From positions 440,281-504,280 of the forward strand of contig NZ_PUIC01000005.1 in assembly GCF_022750545.1 (NCBI RefSeq): a stretch of 64,000 bases of DNA, written 5' to 3'. Numbering within the stretch: position 1 is the first letter of the stretch; each line of letters opens with the position of its first letter. A model generated the notes under the pieces. It ran no database searches and was not told where the DNA came from. It saw only the letters and a list, made by a program, of their open reading frames with translations. Shown here one piece after another: positions 8,917 through 17,774 of this stretch. Source of the stretch: Caulobacter sp. CCUG 60055 (lineage in GTDB: Bacteria; Pseudomonadota; Alphaproteobacteria; Caulobacterales; Caulobacteraceae). A program made the translations under genes and the position numbers.

Positions 8917-11748
8917 TCACGCCTCCGCGGCCGGCGCGGTCCCCGAAGCCCCCAAGAAGGCGGCCGTCGCCTCGATGGCCTCGACCAGGGTGACGCGCTC
9001 CAGCGTCACCCCCTCGGGCAGGCTCGAGAACAGCCGCGTCGGCGCGGCCGCGTCGAGCATGACGAACACCCCCTTGTCGTCGGCCCGGCGGATCAGGCGG
9101 CCGAACGCCTGGGCGATGCGCCCCCGGGCGATGGCGTCGTCGTAACCCTTGCCGCCGAACCGCTCGCGGCGGGCCTTGTGCAGAAGGTCGGGCCGGGGCC
9201 ACGGCACGCGGTCGAACACCAGGAGCCGCAGCGAGCGGCCCGGCACGTCGACGCCGTCGCGCACGGCGTCGGTGCCCAGGAGACAGGCGTCCTCCTCGGC
9301 GCGGAAGATGTCGACCAAGGCGCCGACCTCCAGCGGATCGACATGCTGGGCGTAGAGCGCCAGGCCCTTTTCGCCCAGCGGCCCCGCCGCCCGGTCATAG
9401 ACCGCCCGCAGGCGACGGATGGCGGTGAACAGCCCCAGCCCGCCGCCGCCCGAGGCCAGGAACAGCTCGCGCATCGCCGCCGCCACCTGCCTGGGATCGT
9501 CGCGGCCGACGTCGGTGACCACCAGCGCCCGGGCGTTGGCGGCGTAGTCGAACGGCGAGGCCAGGCGCAGGGTCTTGGGCCGGTCGGGCAGCCGCGCCGC
9601 GCCGGTGCGCATCTCGGCCAGGGCGAAGGGATCGTCCAGGGTCGGGTCGGCCAGGGTGGCGCTGGCCACCAGCACGCCGTGGGCCGGAGCCAGGACGGCG
9701 GCCTGCAGCGGCTCGGTCGGGTCCACCCAGTGGCGGCGGCAGGCGGCGTCCACCACCCGGCCGTAGAGATAGGTCGCCTCGAACCAGTCGACGAAGTCCG
9801 GATCGTCGCCGAACTCGCCCGGCGCGTCCTCGTCTATGGCCCGCAGCATCGAGCGCCAGGCGGGCAGGGTCATCCGCGCACGCTTGTCGAGGCCGCGCAG
9901 CGCCCCCTCGATGCGGGAGCGGTCGCCGACGGGCAGTTCGCCCGCCTCGTCGTCGAGCAGGTCCTCCAGATGGCGGGCCAGGGCCAGCAGCGGTGCCTCG
10001 ACCGAGGCCAGGGCGGCGGCGGCCTCGCGGGCGGTCTGGCGCACCAGGTCCAGGGCCGGGCGGGCGGCGCACTCCTGGCCGACGTCCGAGGGCGCGGCGC
10101 GGGCGCGCAGCTGCTCCAGCACGGCGGTGAGGAACTTCTCGATCGGCCCGATCGGGTTGACCTCGCCCGAGGGGGGCGCGATCCGTCCCGACCATCCCTC
10201 GCCCGGCAAGGCGGCGGCGGCGTGGACGGCGGCGTCCAGGGCCTCGCGCGCGCTCTCGCGGTCGCCGACCATGTCGGCCAGGCGCTGGGTCAGGCCCCGC
10301 CCCCGCCGCCCGCGCCCCTCGGGCCCGCGAATCCAGCGGCGCAGCTCGGCCGATTCGGCCCCCGACAGCGCCGCCGAGAACGCCGAGTCGGCGGCCTCGA
10401 ACAGGTGGTGGCCCTCGTCGAAGACGATGCGCCGGGGCGCGGCGGTCTCGACGTCGGTCTTCAGGCCCTTGGCCGCCCGCGCCCCGTCGAAGGCCGCCTG
10501 GCTGAGCACGAGGGCGTGGTTGGCGATCACCAGGTCGGCGCGCCGCGATCCGCGCACCGCCTTCTCGATGAAGCAGGCGCGATAGTGCGGACAGCCGGCG
10601 TGGACGCATTCCCCCCGCCGGTCGACCAGATTGCCGGGCGAGGCCTGGGCCGCCGGCGCCACCGCGAACAGCCCCGGCAGCCAGGCGGGAAAGTCGCCGC
10701 CGGTCATGTCGCCGTCGCGGGTGGCCCGCACCCAGCGCACAGTCAGCGCCGTGCCGACCAGATCGCCGCCGCCCAGCATGGCGGCGTTGACCTGGTCCTG
10801 CAGGTTCAGCAGGCACAGGTAGTTCTCGCGCCCCTTGCGCACCACCGCCTTGCGGGCGCGCACTGCCGGGTCGGGAAAGACGGCGTGGCTCTCGCGCTCG
10901 ATCTGGCGCTGCAGGGCGCGGGTGTAGGTCGACACCCACACGGACGGGCCGTTGGCCTCGGCCCAGACGCTGGCCGGGGCCAGATAGCCCATGGTCTTGC
11001 CGACGCCGGTGCCGGCCTCGGCCAGCATCATGCGCGGCTCGCCCTCGCGGTCGCGGGGCTGGAAGGCGTAGGCCGCCTCCATGGCGAAGGTGAGCTGGGC
11101 GTCGCGGACCTCGTCCAGGCCGGCGCGGCCGAGCAGCTCGCGCAGGCGCTCCGCCACCGCCTGGGCGTCGATGGGACGCGACCCGACGTCGCCCGGCGGG
11201 GCCTGATCCTCCCATTCGGGCACGCGCGTCCACACGTCCAGCCCCGAACCGCGATAGACGTCGCGCACGGCCTTGCTGCGCAGGGCCGCGACCACCGCCG
11301 CCCCCCACGACCAGCCGGCCCGCGCCAGGGTCTCGGCGATGGCCAGGGCTTCCTCGCGCGTCGGCTGGGGGGTCTCGGCCGCCTCGGCGAGCAGGCGGCG
11401 GCAGGCCTCGGCCAAAGTCGCGGCCTGCTCCATCGGCCCCTTCGGCTCCGGCAGGCCGAGCGCCAGGGCCAGCCCGGCCGCCGAGGGGGCGCAGAACCGC
11501 GCCGGCCGCACGAAGGCGAACAGCTCCAGGGCGTCGAAGATCTGCGGCGCGCGGCCGGGCGGCTGCAGGTCCAGCCGCTTGGCGGTCAGGCCCGCGTGCG
11601 CCACCACCACCGGCGCCGACAGGGCCAGGTCGCGCGCCTCGGCCGGGCGCAGCATGCGCGCGCCGGCGGCGTCGCAGACCGCCGCCCTCGGGCCCGGAAG
11701 GACCACCAGGGCGGGGGCGAGGTCGAGGCTGGCGACAGAAGCGTTCAC
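8917..11748 (-). CDS. DinG/Rad3-family Fe-S ATP-dependent DNA helicase with ~250-aa N-terminal extension
   Basis: Walker A GTGVGKT, DEAH-like FDEGHHL, a four-Cys cluster (CVHAGCPHYRACF) and a C-terminal helicase_C_2-like region; GTG start at 11748. Confidence 0.8.
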   Translation of the reverse strand: MNASVASLDLAPALVVLPGPRAAVCDAAGARMLRPAEARDLALSAPVVVAHAGLTAKRLDLQPPGRAPQIFDALELFAFVRPARFCAPSAAGLALALGLPEPKGPMEQAATLAEACRRLLAEAAETPQPTREEALAIAETLARAGWSWGAAVVAALRSKAVRDVYRGSGLDVWTRVPEWEDQAPPGDVGSRPIDAQAVAERLRELLGRAGLDEVRDAQLTFAMEAAYAFQPRDREGEPRMMLAEAGTGVGKTMGYLAPASVWAEANGPSVWVSTYTRALQRQIERESHAVFPDPAVRARKAVVRKGRENYLCLLNLQDQVNAAMLGGGDLVGTALTVRWVRATRDGDMTGGDFPAWLPGLFAVAPAAQASPGNLVDRRGECVHAGCPHYRACFIEKAVRGSRRADLVIANHALVLSQAAFDGARAAKGLKTDVETAAPRRIVFDEGHHLFEAADSAFSAALSGAESAELRRWIRGPEGRGRRGRGLTQRLADMVGDRESAREALDAAVHAAAALPGEGWSGRIAPPSGEVNPIGPIEKFLTAVLEQLRARAAPSDVGQECAARPALDLVRQTAREAAAALASVEAPLLALARHLEDLLDDEAGELPVGDRSRIEGALRGLDKRARMTLPAWRSMLRAIDEDAPGEFGDDPDFVDWFEATYLYGRVVDAACRRHWVDPTEPLQAAVLAPAHGVLVASATLADPTLDDPFALAEMRTGAARLPDRPKTLRLASPFDYAANARALVVTDVGRDDPRQVAAAMRELFLASGGGGLGLFTAIRRLRAVYDRAAGPLGEKGLALYAQHVDPLEVGALVDIFRAEEDACLLGTDAVRDGVDVPGRSLRLLVFDRVPWPRPDLLHKARRERFGGKGYDDAIARGRIAQAFGRLIRRADDKGVFVMLDAAAPTRLFSSLPEGVTLERVTLVEAIEATAAFLGASGTAPAAEA

Positions 11749-11829
11749 GCCTGCTGATTAGCCCTTGCGCCCAAGAAACGGAACAAGAACATACAGGCGA
11801 CCCGTCCGCAGACGTGAAAGGCCGATCGC

Positions 11830-12627
11830 ATGAACCGTCCCGCCTGGCCATATGGGCTGCTCGCCGCGCTGGCGCTGGCGCCCGCCGCCCACGCCCAGAC
11901 CCAGACTCAACAGCAACCCGAGCGACCGTCGGTGACGGTGATCGGGGTCGGCGAGGCCAAGAAGCCTCCGGAATACGTGCTGTTCAACTTCACGGCGCGC
12001 GGCGAGGGCGCGACCCCGGTCGAGGCGCTGAAGGCCATGAACGCCTCGCGCGCGGCCATCGAGGGCGGCGTGCGCGGCCTGAAAGGCGTCGACAAGCTGG
12101 AGACGCGCGCCACCACCCTGAACACCCAGGAGGTGCGCGACCGCAAGTGCGACGCCGGCCGGCCCGTCTACAGCCAGCAGCCGACGCTCAACAGCGGCGA
12201 CTGCGCCGTGATCGGCGTGGTCGTCACCTTGCAGGAGACCCTGCGCCTGGCGCCGCCCAAGCGCCTGGGCGACGTGCTGTCGATGGCCGCCCAGCTCGGA
12301 GCCAAGAGCGCCACCGCCACCGGCACCGGAACCGACGACGACAAGCCCTTGGTCGACGAGGCCACGGCCAAGGCCTTCGCCGACGCCCGCCGTCAGGCCG
12401 AGACCATCGCCAAGGCCGCCGGCCTCAGGCTCGGCCCGGTGCTGCGGGCCCAGAACCAGCAGGCGGCCTACAGCCCGATCGGCATGATCGGCGGCGCGCG
12501 GATGCCCGATCAGGCGCCCCCGCCCCCTCTTCCGGTCCCACAGGTCCTGGCTGCGCCAGTCGACCTGACCACGCAACCGATCGTCCGCGAGGCGCGGCTG
12601 ATCGTCACCTTCGCCCTGGAGCCGTGA
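11830..12627 (+). CDS. SIMPL-domain (DUF541) periplasmic protein
   Basis: Signal peptide (ALALAPAAHA) and a SIMPL-like body. Confidence 0.8.
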   Translation: MNRPAWPYGLLAALALAPAAHAQTQTQQQPERPSVTVIGVGEAKKPPEYVLFNFTARGEGATPVEALKAMNASRAAIEGGVRGLKGVDKLETRATTLNTQEVRDRKCDAGRPVYSQQPTLNSGDCAVIGVVVTLQETLRLAPPKRLGDVLSMAAQLGAKSATATGTGTDDDKPLVDEATAKAFADARRQAETIAKAAGLRLGPVLRAQNQQAAYSPIGMIGGARMPDQAPPPPLPVPQVLAAPVDLTTQPIVREARLIVTFALEP

Positions 12628-15266
12628 GCGAGGCGCGGCGCCATATCGCCCCCGAGGCGGCGGCCGACGGCCTGTTGCCGCCGCGCTTTTCGGCGTGGTT
12701 CGCGGGGCGCGGCTGGGCGCCGCGAACACACCAGCTGGCCATGGTCGACAAGGCGCGCGAGGGCCGCGACGCCCTGCTGATCGCCCCCACCGGCGGCGGC
12801 AAGACCCTGGCCGGCTTCCTGCCCAGCCTGATCGAGCTGGCCGAGCGGCCGCCGCGCAACGCCGCGCCCGGCCTGCACACCCTCTACATCTCGCCGTTGA
12901 AGGCGCTGGCGGTCGACGTGCAGCGCAACCTGACGACGCCGATCGAGGAGATGGGCCTGCCCATCCGTGTCGAATCCCGCACCGGCGATTCCAGCGTCGC
13001 CAAGCGCCAGCGCCAGCGGCTCGACCCGCCCGACATCCTGCTGACCACGCCGGAGCAGCTGGCGCTGTTCTGCGCCTGGGAAGGCTCGCGCGGCTATTTC
13101 GCCGACCTGCGCCACATCGTCATCGACGAGATCCACGCCATCCACGCCTCCAAGCGCGGCGACCTTCTGGCCCTGGCCCTGGCTCGCCTTCAGACCTTCG
13201 CGCCGCAGATGCGCCGCGTCGGCCTGTCGGCGACGGTCAACGATCCCGACATGCTGCGCCGCTGGCTGGCGCCGCAAGTCAGCGTGATCGAACCCAGTCC
13301 TCCCCCGAGCCGCGACGCGGAACGGGGGAGGGGGACCATGCGCAGCATGGTGGAGGGGGCGCGACCGGACTCAGTAGATGCGGACGCCCCCTCCACCGCT
13401 TCGCGGTCCCCCTCCCCCGCCGCCGCGGGGAAGGACTTGGAGCCGCTGTTGGCCGACCTGGTGCTGGGCCAGCCCGGCGCGCCGCCGGTGATCGAGGTGC
13501 TGCTGTCGCAGAACAAGGTGCCCTGGGCCGGCCACACCGCCCAGCACGCCATGACCGAGGTGTATGAGGTCATCAAGCAGGCCCGCACCGCCCTGGTGTT
13601 CGTCAACACGCGCTGGCAGGCCGAGTTCGCCTTCCAGGAGCTGTGGCGGATCAACGACGAGGGCCTGCCCATCGCCCTGCACCACGGATCGCTGGCGCCC
13701 GAGCAGCGGCGCAAGGTCGAGGCGGCGATGACCCGGGGCGACCTGCGCGCCGTGGTCTGCACCTCGACCCTCGATCTGGGCATCGACTGGGGCGCGGTCG
13801 ACCTGGTCATCCAGTTGGCCGCGCCCAAGGGCTCCTCGCGGCTGGTCCAGCGCATCGGCCGCGCCAACCACCGGCTGGACGAGCCGTCGCGCGCCATCCT
13901 GGTGCCGGCCAGCCGGTTCGAGATGCTGGAATGCCAGGCCGCCGCCGAGGCCGTGGCCGAGAACGCCCTCGACGGCGATCCCGCCCGCCGGGGCGCCCAG
14001 GACGCCCTGGCCCAGCACATCATGGGCTGCGCCTGCGGCGAGCCGTTCCTGGCGGACGACCTCTATGCCGAGATCGCCAGCGCCGCGCCCTATGCCGACC
14101 TTGGCCGGGACGAGTTCGACCGCGTGCTCGATTTCGTCTCCACCGGCGGCTACGCCCTGCGCGCCTACGACCGCTTCCGCCGCATCGTCAAAGGCCGCGA
14201 CGGCCGCTGGAAGGTGCGCGATCCCCAGACCGCCCAGCGCCATCGCATGAACGTCGGGACCATCGTCCAGGGGGCCACGCTCAACATCCGCATGGCCGGC
14301 CGCCGCTTCGCCGGCCGCAAGATCGGCGAGGCGGAGGAGTGGTATTTCGAGCAGCTGACGCCGGGCGACACCTTCCTGTTCGGCGGCGAGGTCTGGCGGT
14401 TCGAGGGCGTCGTCGGCATCGACGCCCTGGTCAGCCGCTCGGGCGACACCGACCCCAAGGTCCCCAGCTGGGGCGGCTCGAAGTTCCCGCTGTCGACCTA
14501 TCTGGCCAAGCGGGTGCGGCGGATGATGGGCGACGAAGCGGCCTGGGACCGCCTGCCCGCCGACGTGCACGAATGGCTGGCCGCCCAGCGCGACCATTCC
14601 GGCCTGCCGGGGACGGACGACCTGCTGGTCGAGACCTTTCCGCGCGGCGATCGCTGCTACATGGTCTGCTATCCGTTCGAAGGACGCCTGGCCCACACCA
14701 CCCTGGCCATGCTGCTGACCCGGCGGCTGGACCGGGCCGGGATCGGGCCCATCGGCTATCTGGCCAACGACTACGCCCTGTGCATCTGGGGCTTGAGGCC
14801 GATGGACGGACTTGATTTCGACGAGCTCTTTCAGGAAGACATGCTCGGCGACGACCTTGAGGCGTGGCTGGAGGAAAGCTTCCTGATGAAGCGCGCCTTC
14901 CGGCATTGCGCCCTGATCTCGGGCCTGATCGAGCGGCGCTTCCCCGGCGAGCAGAAGTCGGGCCGCCAGGTGACCTTCTCCAGCGACCTTATCTACGACG
15001 TGCTGCACCGCCATCAACCCGACCACCTGCTGCTGGCCTGCGCGCGGGCCGACGCCGCCACCGGCCTGCTGGACGTCGGCCGGCTGGGCGAGCTTCTGGC
15101 GCGCATCCGCGGCCGCATCCGCGTGCTGAACCTGCCCAAGGTCTCGCCCTTCGCCGTGCCGATCATGATGGAGATCGGCCGCGAGCGCGCGCCGGGGACC
15201 TCGGCCTCGGAGATGATCCTCGAAGAGGCCGAGGCCTCGTCCCTGGTCGCCGAGGCGATGTCGTGA
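12624..15266 (+). CDS. lhr: Ligase-associated DNA damage response DEXH-box helicase (Lhr-like)
   Basis: Walker A APTGGGKT and DExH VIDEIHAI, with a long Lhr C-terminal domain. GTG start at 12624 overlaps the upstream stop (GTGA); the 1150-aa ORF-track entry is an artefactual upstream extension. Confidence 0.85.
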   Translation: MSEARRHIAPEAAADGLLPPRFSAWFAGRGWAPRTHQLAMVDKAREGRDALLIAPTGGGKTLAGFLPSLIELAERPPRNAAPGLHTLYISPLKALAVDVQRNLTTPIEEMGLPIRVESRTGDSSVAKRQRQRLDPPDILLTTPEQLALFCAWEGSRGYFADLRHIVIDEIHAIHASKRGDLLALALARLQTFAPQMRRVGLSATVNDPDMLRRWLAPQVSVIEPSPPPSRDAERGRGTMRSMVEGARPDSVDADAPSTASRSPSPAAAGKDLEPLLADLVLGQPGAPPVIEVLLSQNKVPWAGHTAQHAMTEVYEVIKQARTALVFVNTRWQAEFAFQELWRINDEGLPIALHHGSLAPEQRRKVEAAMTRGDLRAVVCTSTLDLGIDWGAVDLVIQLAAPKGSSRLVQRIGRANHRLDEPSRAILVPASRFEMLECQAAAEAVAENALDGDPARRGAQDALAQHIMGCACGEPFLADDLYAEIASAAPYADLGRDEFDRVLDFVSTGGYALRAYDRFRRIVKGRDGRWKVRDPQTAQRHRMNVGTIVQGATLNIRMAGRRFAGRKIGEAEEWYFEQLTPGDTFLFGGEVWRFEGVVGIDALVSRSGDTDPKVPSWGGSKFPLSTYLAKRVRRMMGDEAAWDRLPADVHEWLAAQRDHSGLPGTDDLLVETFPRGDRCYMVCYPFEGRLAHTTLAMLLTRRLDRAGIGPIGYLANDYALCIWGLRPMDGLDFDELFQEDMLGDDLEAWLEESFLMKRAFRHCALISGLIERRFPGEQKSGRQVTFSSDLIYDVLHRHQPDHLLLACARADAATGLLDVGRLGELLARIRGRIRVLNLPKVSPFAVPIMMEIGRERAPGTSASEMILEEAEASSLVAEAMS

Positions 15267-15988
15267 ACGCCCCCGCCCGCCCCCTCGGCTTCGTCGCCGC
15301 CAGCCCATGCGGCGGGATCGCCGCCGCGATCGGCGGCGCGGCCGCCCTGCTGCGCCATTCCGGGGCCCTGTGGCTGGAGGCCGAGCGGGCCCTGGTGGTC
15401 GCCGACCTGCACTTCGAGAAGGGCTCGGCCTACGCGCGGCGCGGCCAGATGCTGCCGCCCTACGACACCCGCGAGACCCTGCGCCGGCTGGCCCTGGAGA
15501 TCGAGGCCCTGTCGCCCCGGCTGGTGGTGCTGCTGGGCGACACCCTGCACGACGGCGGGGCGGAGGCGCGGATCGACGCCGAGGACGCCGCCGCCGTCGA
15601 CCGGCTGGCCGCCGGCCGCACCCTGCTCTGGATCGTCGGCAACCACGACGCCGACGGCCCGCGGCGGCTGGCCGGCGAGGTCGGGGACGAGATCGCCCTA
15701 AACGGCCTCCTCCTCCGCCACGAGCCCCAGGCCGGCCTGCAGCCGGGCGAGGTCGCCGGCCACCTGCACCCCTGCGCCCGCGTGCGCGGCCGGGGCGCCA
15801 GCGTGCGGCGGCGCTGTTTCGTCACCGACGGAGAGCGGCTGATCCTGCCGGCCTTCGGCGCCTATGCCGGCGGCCTGAACGTGCGCGACGCCGCCTTCTC
15901 CGGCCTGTTCGCCCGCCCGCCGACGGCCGTGGCCCTCGGTCCGCGCAAGGCCCACGCGGTGGCCTGGGGCGCCTTGGGCGCGGATTAG
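15263..15988 (+). CDS. pdeM: Ligase-associated DNA damage response endonuclease/metallophosphoesterase PdeM
   Basis: Metallophosphoesterase motifs (DLHFEKG, GDTLHD, GNHD); GTG at 15263 is translationally coupled to lhr (GTGA). Confidence 0.8.
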   Translation: MNAPARPLGFVAASPCGGIAAAIGGAAALLRHSGALWLEAERALVVADLHFEKGSAYARRGQMLPPYDTRETLRRLALEIEALSPRLVVLLGDTLHDGGAEARIDAEDAAAVDRLAAGRTLLWIVGNHDADGPRRLAGEVGDEIALNGLLLRHEPQAGLQPGEVAGHLHPCARVRGRGASVRRRCFVTDGERLILPAFGAYAGGLNVRDAAFSGLFARPPTAVALGPRKAHAVAWGALGAD

Positions 15989-16758
15989 GAGCGCCGGAAC
16001 GCCGCCGAGGCCGCCCAGCCGGAGCCGAGGGCGATCAGCACCGAGACGATCCCGTAGGTCCACGGACGGTTCTGCGAGAACTGGTGCAGCGCCCGCTCGG
16101 CCCCGACCTTCTCGACGATCAGGTCGCGTTCGCGGACCGCGACCTCCTGGCCGTTCTGGAACAGACGGATCTCGGCCTGGTAGCGGCCGATCGGCGCCTC
16201 GGCCGGCAGGCGGATCTCGGCGCGGAACAGGCTCTTGTCGACGAACCGCACCCCGGCCGCGTCGGCGTCGTAGAGGCCGGCCTTCTCCTTCAGGCGCAGC
16301 ACCGCACGCCGCCAGTCGAGATAGTCGGCGCCGAGGCGGCTGACCACCACGTCGCGCACGCCGTAGCGGGTCTCGGTGCGCTGTTCGAGCGGGGCGTTGA
16401 TCGCCAGGTGGTCGAGGCCCAGGCCCAGCCGCCGCAGCGTCCCGAAGCCGGCGATCTGGTCGAGCGGCCGGGTGCTGGCGGTCATGTAGAAGCCGGGCGC
16501 GCCCTGGAACACCACCGGCCGGCTGTTCAGCCACAGGCCGGCGATGCGGACCTTGCGGGCGATGCGGATCGGCTGGTCGGGCCCGCGCACCACCACCACC
16601 ACGTCGCTGGGCCGGTCGTGCGGGTCGAGCACCGCGCCATAGACCACGATGCCGGCGCCGCGAAAGCCCGAGGTGACGCGGACGTTGGTCTCGGTCAGCG
16701 CCGCCGAGACGGCTGCGGGGGCGGCCGAAACGGCCAGCGGCGGCGGAGCCGTGTCCAT
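15985..16758 (-). CDS. Conserved alphaproteobacterial membrane-anchored protein (TIGR02186-like), partner of TauE/SafE
   Basis: 257 aa with a C-terminal TM (WTYGIVSVLIALGSGWAASAAF); its ATG overlaps the TauE stop (ATGA). Family name recalled from memory, not verified. Confidence 0.6.
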   Translation of the reverse strand: MDTAPPPLAVSAAPAAVSAALTETNVRVTSGFRGAGIVVYGAVLDPHDRPSDVVVVVRGPDQPIRIARKVRIAGLWLNSRPVVFQGAPGFYMTASTRPLDQIAGFGTLRRLGLGLDHLAINAPLEQRTETRYGVRDVVVSRLGADYLDWRRAVLRLKEKAGLYDADAAGVRFVDKSLFRAEIRLPAEAPIGRYQAEIRLFQNGQEVAVRERDLIVEKVGAERALHQFSQNRPWTYGIVSVLIALGSGWAASAAFRRS

Positions 16759-17678
16759 CAGCCGCCTCCCCCCGCCAGCACGAACGGGTCCTGCGGCGTG
16801 ATGAACAGGCCAAGGCCCATGCGCAGCCCGACCAGCAGCACGATCAGGGCCAGGAGGGCGCGCAGCTCCTCGGCGCGGAAACGGGCGGAGGCCCGGGCCC
16901 CGAGCTGGGCCCCGATCACCCCGCCGACCAGCAGCACGGTGGCCAGCACGATGTCGACGGTCTGGTTGCGGCCGGCCTGCAGCACCGTCACCAGGGCGGT
17001 GGTGATGATGATCTGGAACAGGCTGGTGCCGACGACGATCCGCGCCGGCATGCGCAGCAGATAGACCATGGCCGGCACCAGGATGAAGCCGCCGCCCACC
17101 CCCATGATCGCCGACAGCACCCCGACGAACATGCCCAGGGCGATCGGCGGGATGACGCTGATGTACAGGCGCGACCGCGGGAAGCGCATCTTCAGCGGCA
17201 GGCCGTAGAGCCACATCGGCCGGCGGTCGCGCGGCGCCCGCGCAGGCTCGCCCCGCCGCCGACGCAGGATGGCGCCGAGGGATTCCGACAGCATCAGGGC
17301 CCCGATCACCCCGAGGAAGATCAGATAGGACAGCGCCACCGTCAGGTCGGCCTGGCCGAGCAGGCGCAGGATGCGAAAGGCCTCGACCCCCAGGAAGGCG
17401 CCGATGACCCCGCCGAAGGCCAGAACCCCGCCCATGCGGAAATCGACCAGCCGCTTGCGCCCGTAGGTGATGACGCCCGAGGCCGACGAGGCGACGACAT
17501 GGTTGGCTTCGCTGGCCACCGCCACCACCGGCGGGATGCCGAGGAACACCAGGACCGGCGTCATCAGGAAGCCGCCGCCGATGCCGAACAGGCCCGAGAC
17601 GAACCCCACCAGCGCGCCCAGCGCCATCAGCAGCGGCGCGTTGACCGAAACCTCGGCGATGGGAAGATAAAGGTCCAC
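16758..17678 (-). CDS. TauE/SafE (DUF81, TSUP) family anion exporter
   Basis: Two repeated four-TM halves with GxGGG motifs (FGIGGGFLMTP and MGVGGGFILVP). Confidence 0.85.
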   Translation of the reverse strand: MDLYLPIAEVSVNAPLLMALGALVGFVSGLFGIGGGFLMTPVLVFLGIPPVVAVASEANHVVASSASGVITYGRKRLVDFRMGGVLAFGGVIGAFLGVEAFRILRLLGQADLTVALSYLIFLGVIGALMLSESLGAILRRRRGEPARAPRDRRPMWLYGLPLKMRFPRSRLYISVIPPIALGMFVGVLSAIMGVGGGFILVPAMVYLLRMPARIVVGTSLFQIIITTALVTVLQAGRNQTVDIVLATVLLVGGVIGAQLGARASARFRAEELRALLALIVLLVGLRMGLGLFITPQDPFVLAGGGG

Positions 17679-17774
17679 GCGGCCGGCCCGCTCCTAGCAT
17701 CCGTCTGGTCGCCGCAGCCGCCGTCCAGGACGACGCCGAACGCCTTCAGCCCGCCCGAACCGGGCCCGCCGCCG

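Noticed and set aside
8876-9202. 108-aa ORFs (and 8852-9145+) at the helicase 3' end
   Set aside because: Overlap the DinG-family helicase coding region on other frames; composition is Arg/Pro-biased.
11814-15266. 1150-aa ORF
   Set aside because: This is an upstream in-frame extension of the Lhr-like helicase across the SIMPL gene, which is in another frame. Lhr homology begins at the GTG at 12624.
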